From: Octopus vulgaris
Lineage: Eukaryota
Length of the DNA stretch: 64,000 bases
Direction of reading: 5' to 3'
Assembly (NCBI GenBank): GCA_951406725.2
Contig: OX597826.1
Coordinates: forward strand, 45,260,001-45,324,000
How positions within the stretch are numbered: position 1 is the stretch's first letter; each line of letters opens with the position of its first letter. A model generated the notes under the pieces. That model was not told where the DNA came from. It worked only from the letters and a program-made list of their open reading frames with translations, and did no database searches. Made by a program: the position numbers and the translations under genes. This document shows, in pieces, positions 45,766 through 61,413 of this stretch.

Positions 45766-46550
45766 CAGGGTGCGTAAGGTATTTGATGACATACAATTTT
45801 TGGGTCATTGCTGCATTTTTGGCTAGCTCTATATAATATTTGTTTAAGAAAATAATAATGAGAGACCCTCAGCTTACTCAAGAAATGAAGAGGCGTACCT
45901 TTATTGAGGTTATAAATGCTGATCATAGCGATTTAGAAATATGTCGATATTTAAAAGTTGCCAGATCATTCGTCTACAAAGTTTGTAAGGAGCTAGAGAC
46001 TGAAGATGAAAACGCATCACCAGTATCAAAGCATAAACAGCAATCTAAAACGCTTTGAAATCATCAGAACACGTGATTTTGCCCAGCAAGTTCAACAGAC
46101 CATTGATTACACTCCCAGAAAGTTCATGAGGTCAATTGCAAAAGATTTCCATGTGTCAGAAAGAACAGTCAGAAATGTTGTCCACGAAGACATCAGATAT
46201 AAGTCTTATGTGATGAGTAAAGGTTAATTTGTCAGCAAAAGCAAAAGAAAATTACTACATCAGATCTGAAAGGCTCTTAAACAAACTGAAAAATCCAGTA
46301 GAAGATTTGATTTGGTTTTTCTCAAACGAGAAAAACTTCGACCAAGATCAAAAAGTTAGCGGAAGAAATGACATATCGTTACGTGCAGACTTTTCAGAAG
46401 TTCCAAGAGTTATGCATACAAAATTTCCTGCAACTGTCATGGTGTTAGGAGTTGTCAGCAATGAAGGGCATGTGAGGCTTCCTTACTTCTTTCCATAAGG
46501 TCTTAGAGTTAACTCTGCCACCTACAATGAGGTCCTGGAAATAATTGTTC
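45766..46550 (+). mobile_element. DD37D/maT-like transposon, 5' part (different subfamily)
   Basis: TA-CAGGGTGCG left TIR; ORF pieces MRSIAKDFHVSERTVRNVVHEDIRYKSY, WFFSNEKNFDQDQ, TKFPATVMVLGVVSNEGHV. Confidence 0.85.
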
Positions 46551-46565
46551 AGTCTCACTGAACAA

Positions 46566-46911
46566 TTATTTCAGTCTCACTGCGTGGCACCTTGGGTGTC
46601 TTTTACTATAGCCTCGAGTCAACCAAACCCTTGTGAGTGGATTTGGTAGGCGGAAACTGAAAGAAGCCAGTCCTATATGTATATATTTATTTATGTATTT
46701 ATGTGTCTGTGTTTGCCACCACCACCACCACCATCGCTTGACAACCGTTGTTGGTGTGTTTACGTCCCCGTAACCTAGCAGTTCGGTGAAAGGGCTCGAT
46801 AGAATAAATACTAGGCTTACAAAGAATAACTTCTGGAGTCAATTTACTCGACTAAAGGCGGTGCTCCAGCAGAGCCGCAGTCAAATGACTGAAACAAGTA
46901 AAAGAATAAGA
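46566..46911 (+). mobile_element. SINE family A, 5'-truncated
   Basis: CACTGCGTGGCACCTTGGG..GACTGAAACAAGTAAAAGAATAAGAGAAT. Confidence 0.85.
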
Positions 46912-47035
46912 GAATATATGTGTGCGTGTTCGCGCGCGCGCCTGTGTATTGAGAGAGAGAGAGAGAGAGAGAGAAAACAGTGACAGAGAATATTATACAT
47001 GGTAGTGTACATACAAACACACACCCAGAGATATA

Positions 47036-47099
<64 letters not shown>

Positions 47100-47532
47100 T
47101 GCCTTGTTGTACCACTCATCTGTTTTTATATGTATATATATATATACATATATAAGTATAAATACACACACACACACGAGATTTGTGATTTAATAGTTTA
47201 ATATACAAATCTCTCGCTAGATTCCTTAGTATAGTTTTCTATCTGCCTCTTTCTGTAATCGTGTGTACATTTACATGTTTTTTGTGAGTGTATATGAGTG
47301 TATGTGTCTGTGTATGTGTGTGTGTGTACGTGTGTATGTGTGTATGAATGGCTGTGTGTGATGGTGTATATATATAAATATGTGAGTTTGCACATATATA
47401 TATATGTCAGTATGTACATGCATGTGCTATTTTCTCTTTCGATTTCTCTTCCTCCGAATCTGCTTCTCTGTTTGTCTCTGCCTCTCTGTCTCTGTTTGTC
47501 TGTCTATCTGTCTGTCTGTCTGTCTGTCTGTA

Positions 47533-47591
<59 letters not shown>

Positions 47592-48926
47592 ATTTATATG
47601 TATAAAATTTTGTCGAAACTTTAGTGCAACAGTACTTATTGTTTGGCTGCTGGCATAGACTGATATTAAAATCAAATTTAAAATTAAAAGAGCTAAAATC
47701 TTATAAGAGAATGTAGAGCGTGAAATCACAAAATAAAAAACAGTTGTGCGCATTGAAATCATCGATGTGAGAGAAAGAGAAGACCAGAGTTCGATATATT
47801 TTTTTTAAATACAAAAGACTAAATGCTTACTGATGATAGTTGCAAAAGTTTTCAAACCGATGGAGAGATAAAATATGAACTTAGAGGAATTAGGAGGAAA
47901 CATTTTCGGACCTATATAACTAACTGGAATTCTTTCTGGTATTTTCTAGGTGAGAGACGCAGGTGAAAATAAAATTAGCGCAGCCACCGTTATTCAAAGC
48001 GAAGTTGATTTATGGAGTTAAGCCTAGACAGCAGTGTTAAAGATAAAGATGAGAAATTTGCGCTTCAAAAACCTAATAACCTTTTTTTGTTTGTTATTGT
48101 TTACTTGATTCAGTCATTTGATTGCGGCCATGCTGGGGCACCGCCTTGACGGGTTGTAGTCGAATAAATCGATCCCAGAACTTAAATTTTTGGTTTGTGA
48201 TAGCAATGAGGGTTAGGGTTAATATTAGTTTGAAATATATGTGCAGTCGGGTGCAATAGAAAGGGACATTCAACGGACTGATATACCCCCTTCTTGCGTA
48301 ACTTCGCTAGGATTTTCTGAAGGTGCGAGGCCAAATGGTGGGGGTCATGCACCCGTGAACGTAACATCTTGGATCTGATACCCGTATCGAGCGGTGTGTT
48401 GTGTTCTTCAGCAAAAAAAATTCATTTCATGTTGCTCCAGTCCACTTGGCTGTAAATGAGTAATAGTGGGACACAATAGACTCCCGTCCTAGGATATGTT
48501 GGTATCTTGACCAGATCACTCATATGCCACGAAAACCTAGGTCTCAAGGTAGATGATGATGATGATGATGATGATGATGGTGATGATGATAGAGATTTGA
48601 AATATTATGTATGAAAACCACGACTCACAATACCGATACATTTAGTGGACCTCGGATTAGCTGAGAATGATTCTTCAAAATCCTGTCATTCCGTAGATAC
48701 AAAAATGATACGAGATTATATTGACAGCTGATAATGCTGTATTCTTTGTCTCTTCTGTCGATAAATCATACTCTTCTATCAGTAGTTGGGTTTCCACTAA
48801 CAAAATGTGTTTTTTTAAATATTTCTCCGGTAAACTAAAATAATCGCTATCTCAAAATTAGTAAAGTGCAATAAAAAGCGGTACTTCGAGACACGTATTA
48901 GTTTCAAACGGGAGGGCTGTCATGTG

Positions 48927-49488
48927 CTGGGTTGTCCGGAAAGTTCGTGCCGATTTTAAAAGGAAAGGAAAAGGTCAATAAATACTTGCCATTACATTTT
49001 TAATCAACCAATTATGAACCATTTTGTTTCAGAATGCGTCTCCATCTTTCCTTTAACTTGAAAATACCCTCTTCCAAGAATTGAGGTGGTTTCATGGCAA
49101 ATAATTCATCAAAGTATCTTTTTACGTCATCCAAGGAATTGAAATTTTTACCATTAAGACTATTCTGCAGAGACCTGAATAAGTGGAAATCCGAAGAAGC
49201 AATATCTGGTTAATATGGTGGGTGGGGTAACACATCCCAACCGAGCTGCAGCAACTTTTGTCTGGGGTCAAGGCATCAAGTGCCGAAAATGAACTTTCTT
49301 ATCTTCCATTTTAAAGGGTTACAGAATTAACACAAGTATAGGAACATAAACCTTCTTCCACGAAGATATCTTAAACTGTGTTCTAATTGGAGGTGTAGTC
49401 AAATCCTATTTTATGGACTGAACCATGTTCTAAAATAAGTTGAAGGGTAAGTTCCTATAAACCGGTACGAACTTTCCGGACAACCCAA
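48927..49488 (-). mobile_element. Non-autonomous mariner deletion derivative
   Basis: TIRs GGGTTGTCCGGAAAGTTCGT ... ACGAACTTTCCGGACAACCCAA-TA; reverse complement of 54358-54924. Confidence 0.9.
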
Positions 49489-50262
49489 TATGATTACAAT
49501 ATAGCTACTAATTCTGAAAAATTTAACCATATTCCAGTTTTAGAGAGCATCATTAGAGCTACAACTGGGGAACAGAAAGTTGTGAAGGAGTTTTATGTAG
49601 CACCGCCAGTATAGAGTATCGAAGTTGTTTTCCTAAAATCCAAAGATCTCCTGTTGTTCTTTATTAATTATTTACATCTCAAAATAATGAAGGAATCGAT
49701 GTTTCAAGAGTGTTTCGGACTGAGGCATTAAAGTTGCAACAAATTAAAATTAATATAATAATATATTTCATTATGTTCAGCAGAAAAATATCAGAAGTAC
49801 CAATGATGAAAAAGATGTAGCAAAAAAAAAAAAAAAAAAGGAAACATCACACGAACATTATGATTCCAATAATGATAATATACTATTCAGTGAACCCAAT
49901 AAAGAGATGAAGAGACTTAAGGGTTAGTTAGGGACGTGGGTGCTTTTTTTATAGCAAAATTCATGAACACCAAGTGAATACTCGGTTTTAGTAAAACACT
50001 GATAATATGTTGGTAAAATAAAATTATTACATTCTGTAAAAGAGTGATGATGTTGTTGTTGTTGTCGTTGTTTTCTGTTAGTTGGATGGTTTTTTATGTT
50101 TTATTTTTTATATTTTTTCAATTTTAAAGTAAGGCTGTATATTTGTAGTAACTATGTAATGCAGTACAAATCAATACTCATCGAGTGAAAATATAGTGGC
50201 TGCTTATTATCTGTGTAATTGTTTGTGCAGTAATAATGAAGTCTGATAGTAATTGCCTCTGT

Positions 50263-50312
<50 letters not shown>

Positions 50313-50979
50313 CATATATATATACATACATACACATATATATATATATATTTATATATATACATATATATATACACATACGCATTTATATATACATATA
50401 CATATATACATATATACATATATATATAGATAGATATACATATATGTATACATACTTATATACATATATACATATACACACACACACATATATATATAAA
50501 TGCGTGTATGTATACGTCTGTATATATATATATATGTATGTGTGTGCATATATATGTATATATATATGCATATGTATGTATATATGTATATGCACATATT
50601 TGTATGTATAACACACAAACGCATACCCACACACTGGCACGCGCACACATATACATACATGAAGAGAATGGGAGGGGGAGAGAAAGGGAGACAAGATATG
50701 AGGAGAGCAGACAGAGGGAAGAGATGGAGAAATATCGGATAAAATTTAATCATAATAGACTCTGATTTTCTGATCCTATCTTATGAATTGCCAGAATATT
50801 TGCCAGTTTATTCCTATTATTTGAAACAACAATATAAATAATATACAAAAATAAGTATTAAAACAAAACAGTGAAGGAACAATGGAAAAAAACACATAAA
50901 AATATAATTAAGACCAATAATAATAATAATAATAATAATGATAATAGTTGTTTCTAACATACGCACAATGTACGAAATT

Positions 50980-52110
50980 TGGTGGAGGGTGAAAATTTGA
51001 TTATGGCGACCCCAGTGGCTGACTGTTACTCTTTATTTTGTCGATTCTGGAAGGGTGAAAAGTAAGGTATTTTATTTTATCGACGTCAGAGGAATGAAAG
51101 ACAAAGCTGACATTGGCGGGATTTGAACTCAGAAGGTAAAGAAAAGGGTATATATCTGTTTTGGGGAAGGTGCTAAGCTGACCAAATAAGTATTGAAACA
51201 GAACACAAGAACAACAAGAAAAATAAAAAAAACAATTAAGGTAAAAAAACAAAATTGTCCCTAATATAAACACAATGTCTGAAGTTTTGAGGAGGGTGAA
51301 AATTTGATTTTGTCGATTCCAGTGGTTGACTGGTATTTTATTTTGTCGATTCTGGAAGGATGAAAGGCAAGGTTGAACCTTGGCAGTATTTGAACCCCAA
51401 ACCTAAAGAGTGGCGTGGGTGTATGAAAAGAAATTAACTTCTCAACGACATGGTTCCTGGTTCAGTCCCACTGCGTTGCACCTTGGGCAAGTATGTTCTG
51501 CTATAGCCGCGGGCCGCCCGAAGCCTTGTGACTGGATTTGGCAGACAAAAACAGAAAGAAGCCTGTTGTGTATAGATCGATGAGCATGTATTTCTGTCTA
51601 TGATTTTTTTCCCCTCACCACCGCTTGATAACCGGTGTTGGTGTCGCCCTACGAGAAGAACAAAATAAATACTAGGCTTAAAAAATTTAGGGGAGTCAAA
51701 TGACTGTAAAAGGAAAAAATAAAAAAAAAACAGATAAAATAAAGTAACTGTGTCGACCATAGGGGCTCAAAACCAGAAATTTGCAGGATGATGAGAGTCG
51801 ATTAACTCGACCCCAGTACATGACTGGTATTTTATTATGTCGAGGTCAGAGGAATGAAAGGCAAAGTTGACATTGGTGGAATTTGAACTCAGAATGTAAA
51901 GAGAAGGGAATATAATTGCTTTGTCCAGACGAAAAAGGCCTGACATTTGGGGAAGGTGCGAAGTGAATCACATCGAATCAGATCTTAACAGAAAATTTAT
52001 TTTACGAATACCGAAAGAATGAAATGCAATGTCGGCCTCAACGAGATTTTAACTCAGAACGTAAATAACATTGATTATATAACGCATGGCATTTTATTGG
52101 ACGCTCTAAC
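50980..52110. mobile_element. Cluster of degraded SINE B copies (minus) plus one degraded SINE A (plus, ~51440-51710)
   Basis: Repeated ATTTTATT..GTCGA..GGAATGAAAGGCAAAGTTGAC..ATTTGAACTCAGAA; GGTTCAGTCCCACTGCGTTGCACCTTGGGCAAG. Confidence 0.7.
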
Positions 52111-52477
52111 GATTCTAATAATAATAAAAAAAAAAAATCTTCCTTTGTGTTTGCCTCAAAAACCCATTCATATAATAAATCTGTTTCAAAATGGTTTGTA
52201 ATATGTGAGTGCATGCTTGTCTAGAGGGTGCACGTGTGTGTGCGCGCGTATGTGTATGTCCCCACTTCTACAAACGTCTTTGGCGCAAAACACTTCACAC
52301 GACCATACTTCAGAGAAGCTGTGTCCTTTGTTTGTAGTAGAGAAGGAAATGACAAAAATTCCTTTGAAACAATTATGCTTAGTACATTTTAGATATCTGA
52401 ATTCCTCTTTAAGCTAGTAGTCTGTGACTTAACATTCAGATCATACCGCAGCTTCAATGATATGTGTGTGGGTGTGT

Positions 52478-52555
<78 letters not shown>

Positions 52556-52849
52556 ATGCGTGTGTGTATAAATCCATAAAAAGAACTAGAAAGAAGAATG
52601 GAGAATTATACAACCTCAAAATTTACTTATTACAGTATTATACGCATAAAATTCCAATCCGACACGTGTTTCTGTTGGATAGGTGTCGTAATGTCCATTG
52701 ATGTAGCATTTAGTTGCATTTTGTTAGTTTACCCATGCGTGTGGGGGAAGTGAAAGGAGTGTTCGAGTGTTACACCTTCTGAAGGCATATATTAGGAGCG
52801 AGATCACAAAATCTTAGGGTGCTTTGAAATAGAATACGACTATACTTCT

Positions 52850-52996
52850 GGCCGAGGTCGACTTTGCCTTTCATCCTTTCGGGGTCGATAAATTAAGTAA
52901 CAGTTACGCACTGGCGTCGATGTAATCAACTTAATACCCATGTCTGTCCTTGTTTGTCCCCTCTACGTTTAGCCCCTTGTGGGTAATAAAGAAATA
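52850..52996 (+). mobile_element. SINE family B, 5'-truncated
   Basis: GCCGAGGTCGACTTTGCC..AAAGAAATA; flank AATACGA.TATACTTCTGG duplicated on both sides. Confidence 0.9.
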
Positions 52997-54357
52997 GGTA
53001 TCATTTAACTTAAAATACGATTATACTTCTGGTATCATTTAAACTTAAAATGACCTTTTTATAATTTAAGGAAATAGAATATTTAATATCCTTAGGAGTA
53101 GCAAAATACTTTATTTAGGTCAGGATGTATTCACCTCAGTGAACACGCATAACGAGGATTAAATGATATCATATAAGACTGAAAAGGAAGCGAAAAAATA
53201 GAAAATAAATGGAAAATAAAGAAGAAATATATATTGTTCTAATATGGGTATTCAAACTAATGCAAACCATAAAGTTTTATACTTTTTTTCAATATGATTA
53301 ATGTAGTGCTGACTGAGATGAGTAAAGTAAATTGAAGTATTAATCATCTTTAGTCATAATCCACACACGCAAAAAAACTGTAATTATGAAGTTTATTGTG
53401 AGCTTACTAAGATCTAACTACAGTAACCTTGCGATTATTTAACGAGGTTAACATATATGTATTTCTATGTATGTGATATCTTATAAAAATGCTTATTTGG
53501 GAAGTACTTAAACACTTTTCTAAAAGAAAGTGTGCATTTTATAGCTAATTCCTCTCTGTGATTTAATATGCACTTACAGATAAAGATTTAAAGTATTTCT
53601 TCCAAGCAAGGATTAAACTTCGAGTTCCCTATTGTATATGGTGAAGCGCTACTAATAATTACCCATTTAATATCATATTCAGTGTTTTTGACCTTTCAAG
53701 ACCAGATGAACTCACTCAAATATACAAGTTCCTTTTTGACTTATTTTTGGACGAACAAAGGTGGTCATGTAATCTTAGCTTTAAATCAGTAGAACATGAT
53801 CCTATGTAATAACTAGAAGTGCCAACAACTGTTATTGTACATCTGTAAACTGTTTTTAATTTCTGAGACATTGCTCTTCAAGCGGACATAATTTTCTCTT
53901 ACAGTTACAATAATGGTTATTAATATTAGCTCTATGTTTGCTACTGGCAGAAGTATCAAGTATTCCATCTATGTTATGTGTTAGTCTTCGGGTATTATTA
54001 GTTTCGCTACAGATTAAATTAAGTGTGTTATTAGACTCGTTAATTGACTCAATTAATTTCTATAAGTGAGGTATGAGCCTAGTTATCTCCCTTATACTAT
54101 CTTCCGTAGGTATTTCATTGTTTTCACACCTGTTGTTAACCAAACAGGTGTTTATTATCATTCATATTATGTTTCACCATATCTGTATAGTGATTATCAC
54201 CACGAGCCATATATTACTATCTATATTAGGTTTGTTATTTGTGTTTACTCGGTTCCTATAAGTGAATTCTCCAATTATGTGCTGCAATAATTTGGGCTAG
54301 GTTACTATTTGTCGGAAAGGCAAACCCAATCACGGACCTGTTGAAGACCTGAATGTA

Positions 54358-54924
54358 TCGGGTTGTCCGGAAAGTTCGTACCGATTTATAGTAGCTTACC
54401 TTTCGACTTATTTTAGAACATGGTTGAGTTCATAAAATAAGATTTGACTACACCTCCATTTAGAGCACAGTTTAAGCTATCTTTTCGTGGAAGAAGGTTT
54501 ATGTTCCTATAACCTGTGTTAATTCTGTAACCCTTTAAAATGGAAGATAAGGAAGTTCCTTTTCGGCACTTGATGCTTTGGGAACCAGACAAAAATTGCT
54601 GCAGTTCGGCTGGGATGTGTTACCTCACCCTCCATATTCAGTAGATATTCCTCTTTCGGATTTCCACCTATTCAGGTCTCTGCAGAATAGTCTTAATGGT
54701 AAAAATTTCAATTCCTTGGATGACGTTAAAAAGTACCTTGATGAATCCTTTGCCATGAAACCACCTCAATTCTGGGAAGAGGTTATTTTCAAGTTAAAGG
54801 AAAGTTGGAGACGCATTGTGCAACAACATGGTTCATATTTGGTTGATTAAAAATTGTAATGGCAAGTATTTATTGACCTTTTTCTTTCCTTTTAAAATCG
54901 GCACGAACTTTCCGGACAACCCAA
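54358..54924 (+). mobile_element. Non-autonomous mariner deletion derivative
   Basis: TA TSDs, ~28-bp TIRs, MEDKEVPFRHLML N-terminus joined to LLQFGWDVLPHPPYSVDIPLSDFHLFRSLQN C-terminus. Confidence 0.93.
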
Positions 54925-56061
54925 TACTTACTAGGTAGTGGAAAGTCCCTAACTAATGCAGCAAAAAAACTTGCAGGTATGTTTGTGGTTCCTAACGTTT
55001 TAGTTTCAAATTCTTCTGAGATCAACATTCCCTTTGATCATTTTGAGGCTGATAAAATAAGTACCAGTAAGGTACTTGGGTTGATGACATCCCTTATCCC
55101 CTGACTTAAAATTGATGGTCTTGTGCCAAACTTAGCAAAAAATTATCATTATTATTGTGAGTCAATCTTTATCCTTCCATTAAGCACCAGTTTCCTCCAC
55201 ACATTTACCGTTTTCTTCAAGAAGTGCTTTAAATTTCGCTTGGCCGGAATGAAAGAGCGAAACTCTTGACTACATCATTTCCTCTTCAGCATTATGATTC
55301 TAGTTACTCTCAGGAGCGAAAAGAAAGCTTTTTGACTGTCATTTGAATAAAGTTTTGCAATAAAAAGCTCTTCTGTCTGCTTCATCTTGAAACATGAGTT
55401 GCTTCTTTAAGATATTTCCGTCTGTTATTCTTCGTGAATTACTATTTGCGATCGATACTCCATTTTCTCTATAACTCTTATGATTTCCTTTATGTAAGAG
55501 AGACAACTTCAGTTAATTGTCGCTACTCATCGTCTGTGCATTAAAAATAGAGCACTCTTTTATTCTTATTTCTTTGCATTTTGCTAGAAAGACTGGTTGA
55601 CGTTCTTTACTATCACCATCGCCAATGAGTACCAAAAAGTTTGACGCTTGGCATCAGTTTTGATTCATTCATGTCTCAGATGATATATGTTGACTGAATG
55701 GATTGCATTTGTTGCTGTAATTTTGTTGATACTTTTTCGTGCAAAAGCCGTTCAAATTCACTTATCTGGATTCTCTACCCTCCACTAACAGTCTCAGATA
55801 CCTTGCTCCAGTAACTTTTATGGTGACTATGTCTTGGATGGAACTGCATTCTCTTAACATTGCCCTCATTAGAGTGCATCTGTCCACATACAAGTCCTCA
55901 TGTCTCTCCATTCTAAAGTTTACCTCCTCCCAAAACCTTTTTGTGAAAATCAAACTAGTTCAATCATCATCATCATCATCACCACCACCACCACCACCAC
56001 CACCACCATCATCATCAGCAGCAGCAGCAGCATCAGCATCATCAGCATCAGCATCATCATC

Positions 56062-56130
<69 letters not shown>

Positions 56131-56576
56131 CCCTGACCTTTAGCGTCTATATTCCTAGGATGTTGGTTCCGAGGTCACAGCATTCTCCCTGAACGGGATG
56201 CCAGTGTCCATTGCAGAGTTATTCAGTTACAGCTGAGTGGACTGAAACAACGTAGAATGAAGTGTTTTACTCAAAACTCAAGAACACAACGTATCATCCG
56301 GACTGGATATCGAAACAACGGCCTTGCTATAGTGAATGCAATACCCTAAACACCAGGTCACACGCTTTCACTTAAGCATACATCAATGTCACTGTTCTTT
56401 GCGTGTTCCCTATAACCGAATATAACGCTGGATAATTTTAAATAAGAATTTCCTTTCGCAAGGACTGACTTCTTTAAGAATATCTTCAGTTCATAACAGT
56501 TGATTGGATGGTTTCTAAAACTAAGATATTAGAAAAGACTTATATTTACTCGGGACTTATATTTAGCGAACAATAT

Positions 56577-57022
<446 letters not shown>

Positions 57023-57789
57023 AACAAGTGATTTAACCTTAGATGTTATAGTGTTGATAATATATCGACTACACCATGTAAAGAACTATTTTTAGATGTT
57101 TAATAATATAAAGAAGCTGTTAAATACACTTTAAATCCGATTGTATTTCACGAAATTGACAGAAGTATTGTCGCGTCACTGACACAGTTTCACTGCAGTT
57201 GTGTGAGGAAAAATGTTGAACCCTTATGAAAATGTTGAACCCTTATGAAATAGGGTAAAATTTAAAACAAAATTTAACAGTTTCTGCGTGTTATATTAAT
57301 AGCTAGAATGCCATTTTTATACTATAGGTGCATCTGCTTGCCTGTTTCCTTTCATATAATGATTTTTTTCTCTTTAAAGTTATCGCACCGTATGTTCAAC
57401 ATTTATGCGTCTTCTATCGGCAGAGCAGCCTTTGCCTGGCTTATATAACTGACTCAGTTCACCATCAGTTGCACGTTTTAATCAAGAGTAAATCTAATAT
57501 ATTTAAGTAGCATTTGCAGAGTAATTTACCTACCTTTCACAAACAGTTCTACACAATCAATATTCCAGATACAGTTATAGATTATTATACAATATAGGTC
57601 ATAGACACTGTTATTTCATGTACTCTCAGAGCGTTTAAGATACTGTTATGGACCATTTTCAATATTTCATTTCTGCTGACAAATGTGAATGGACGAAATA
57701 GCAATATGCAGTTTTTTTTTATTTATACTCTATGACAGCGAGAATCTTCAACATTTCTGAGCTTGGGACTTCTGTAGCAAGTGATGTAT

Positions 57790-57820
<31 letters not shown>

Positions 57821-57831
57821 TCTATCTTTCT

Positions 57832-57908
<77 letters not shown>

Positions 57909-58226
57909 ATGTTTGAAGTGGTATACAGATATTGTACATTGAGAAAAAGAGGCAATCATAATTTGGGTAATTTTTTATTAGCGCTTTCGTTCGTTTAACC
58001 GAAGTCTTCAAGAAAATGATTAAACCCCAAATAATAAAAAAAACATAACGTTTCCCCGTTTTTTTTTAATGTGAATCGGATGTTTTTTGTTTTGTTCAGA
58101 AGAGGAGAAAATTTTGTCTTTTGCAGAAAGGGAGAAAGAGTGGGAGACTGGGAGCAGGACAATCTAGAAAGAGATAGAAAAGCAAAGGGGTGGAGAAAAG
58201 CGAGAGAGAGAGGTTACTTTTCAATT

Positions 58227-58278
<52 letters not shown>

Positions 58279-58659
58279 TTTATGTATGTATGTATTTATG
58301 TATGTATGTATGTATGTACGTATGTATATATATGCGCACGATCTACAATTCGACTGGAGTCCTATCTTGTCTACTTCACTAAATGGCAAGTTGTCAGAAT
58401 TTTAGGATTGGTTCCATTATGTTCCCGTGTTTGTTTACTAAAGTGGTCTCTCGTTTATTTCCTGCCACTTATCATTGACTTTGTTTGTTGCTGTTGATAT
58501 GTTAGGTTGTTTTTTTTTGTTGTTTTTTTCTTGACTGCGCACTATTCTGCTCTTACCTTTCCGGACTGAAAGCAATTAAATACTCTTTATACCCCTAGTC
58601 GGATTATCTTGGATTTTTCTTCTATCTACTAACAATTCATTTGTCCAAATCGAGACTTG

Positions 58660-59094
58660 GGATCTTTTCGGTATGAACGGTAGTTTTTAACATAATTTCT
58701 AGGTAACTAAAAAATTTTAAACTTCGTATACTGGTAGAATGTGTTAATAAAACATCTTTTTCTCTTGGCTTTATTGAGAAAATTCTGTAGTTTGTAAGAT
58801 ATTTGTTGTTTTTTTTTCCTTCAATTTCTGCAATTTCAACCAATCACTGACGTCCATTGAGGTAAACAACATTCTGTGCCGCATGAATATGTCCCTCGTT
58901 TAAGAAACAGATTGGGTTTATTTACATCTGTGAAGAAAAAAACATACCCTTTCCCCACCCCTAACCCTAACCCTAACTAACCCTAACCCTAAAATAGATT
59001 GAAATGCAATAGATCGATACTATGGTCATAATTATGGGTGACAATTTCATATGATACCGCTAGAAAAAAAATGCCGTTCAAATCGAAAAGATCC
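58660..59094. mobile_element. MITE with GG-terminal TIRs and perfect 8-bp TSD (Merlin-like)
   Basis: GAGACTTG-[GGATCTTTTCGGTATGAACGGTAGTTTTT ... AAAAAAATGCCGTTCAAATCGAAAAGATCC]-GAGACTTG; internal CCCTAA repeats. Confidence 0.85.
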
Positions 59095-60550
59095 GAGACT
59101 TGAAACAAGCAAACAGCCAATTTGCAGCCCCGTCAATGGTGCAGACAATACGCAGTAAACAGAAAGGGTACATATCTGGGCTTCGTTCCTTCTTTTATTT
59201 ATCTTTTTATTTATTTATATTTTTAGTTTCTTTTAATAAAAAGGCTGTAAGGAGTGGGACCCACAACTCCAAAACAAATTCCCTAACATCTTCTAGAACG
59301 GAGATCTCCGTTCGTTGCGCGACTCTTGATGCTGACTTGCAAAAAGATACACGTTTAATTTTGTGTAGTATTATTGCTTTTATTTTAAACACTCTCAACT
59401 CTACATTGTTTTTGCAGAAAACATTACAGCACTCCTAGAAAGTATATGTGTGCCTGTGCTGTTTTCGAACGTACTGCTCTGTAATCTTAGATGGCCAATT
59501 CTGGTAGCATTTTTTTTTGGCCCTGTCTGGTTGCAACTTAAAGAGTGACAATACTCTCAGAATAGTCTCGTGATGAATCACTCCTTGTATTTTAACACGA
59601 ATTCGCTCTCTCAAAGCTCCATTTCTTTCGTGGAGTCTTTCGTGAAACCAAACTCTTATCTCACTTGTCATTGCCAATGCTATGACCTTCATAAATCTTT
59701 GACCAAATAACCTTTGACCTCCACAAATCTTTGACCTCGATAGAAAGGGACTGTCATGGATATTTCCGACATGTTTACTACAGTATCATTTTTTATTTTA
59801 TTTTTCGCCTGTTCCTTCCGAAACAAAATGTTGTCTTCGTGTAGCTAATGAAGGCCTGAGTTCTTTAATAATACACCATAGATGGGTTTTTCAATTCACC
59901 TTGCCTTAAGGGACATATATCTGAACGTGAGTATCGTTTATTTACTTATTTATTTATTTATTCACAATTTCCTCATACAACTATGTTCTCAACTGACATA
60001 TTGTTATATTTCTTCCATTATTTCTGCTACGATGCTGATAACTAAGCGCTTACGGCTCGAGCACATATTTTATTTCTGTCATTCTTTTCCCTGTTACTGT
60101 TTTTCTCAGTTTTATACTCATTATTTTTGCTGTATTTCTTGCCAGGTCTCCAACTTTATTGTCACTTTTGCCACTGTGGATATAATGTTGTTATTATTAT
60201 TATTGTCAGAATTATTATCATAGATGTCTACATTATATTATCGATATTTTTTTTTTGAAAAAAAATATTTTTATTCTTCATATTACCAATATTGTGTCAT
60301 GTAACTGTTGTTATCTTTGTTGCTGCTATGGTTTGAGATGTTGCTACGATTTGAGTAATTTTTCACAATGGTCAAAATATTTTCGTTTCTCTTTCTTTAA
60401 AAGATAAAGTACGAAGTTGGCTACACCATTATTAGGGGATTATCATCCATCGTCACCTCTGTAGACACGTTGTAATGGATTTCTGTCTTGGAGGCAGAAA
60501 CAACAATCTGCAGAATCCCTTCCACGATACTAGGAATACCTTCTTATCAG

Positions 60551-60621
<71 letters not shown>

Positions 60622-60633
60622 GCGTGTTTGTGC

Positions 60634-60701
<68 letters not shown>

Positions 60702-60875
60702 ATTTATGTATACATACAGACGCGCATACACATATGTATACCTGTAAGTATATACAAACTTAAATCCATATACAAACATGTACACAAATACATAGATACA
60801 CACATGCCTGTGCGTATATATATGAATATATGAACATATACATATAAATATGAATACATATATGTGTATATATAT

Positions 60876-60946
<71 letters not shown>

Positions 60947-61147
60947 GATCAAGCTTCCCTCTTTTTCATTGATAGAATAGCAATAAAGTAATAAAGCAAT
61001 AAAATAAACACACTTTACTTCAGTTAGACAAAAATATTGTAACAAGTAAACGATGTTGCTTCCCACATATTATTCCATGGTTAATGAAGAAGAACGGTAA
61101 CACTACAACAAGAATGACTGCTGTTGCTGCTGCTGTCGCTGCTTCTA

Positions 61148-61413
<266 letters not shown>

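Noticed and set aside
47825-47865. CTGATGA..CAAAC motif
   Set aside because: Lacks GAAA and pairing stems; consistent with chance.
55170-55950. Possible decayed hAT transposase on the minus strand
   Set aside because: Only vague motif resemblance and no TIRs identified.
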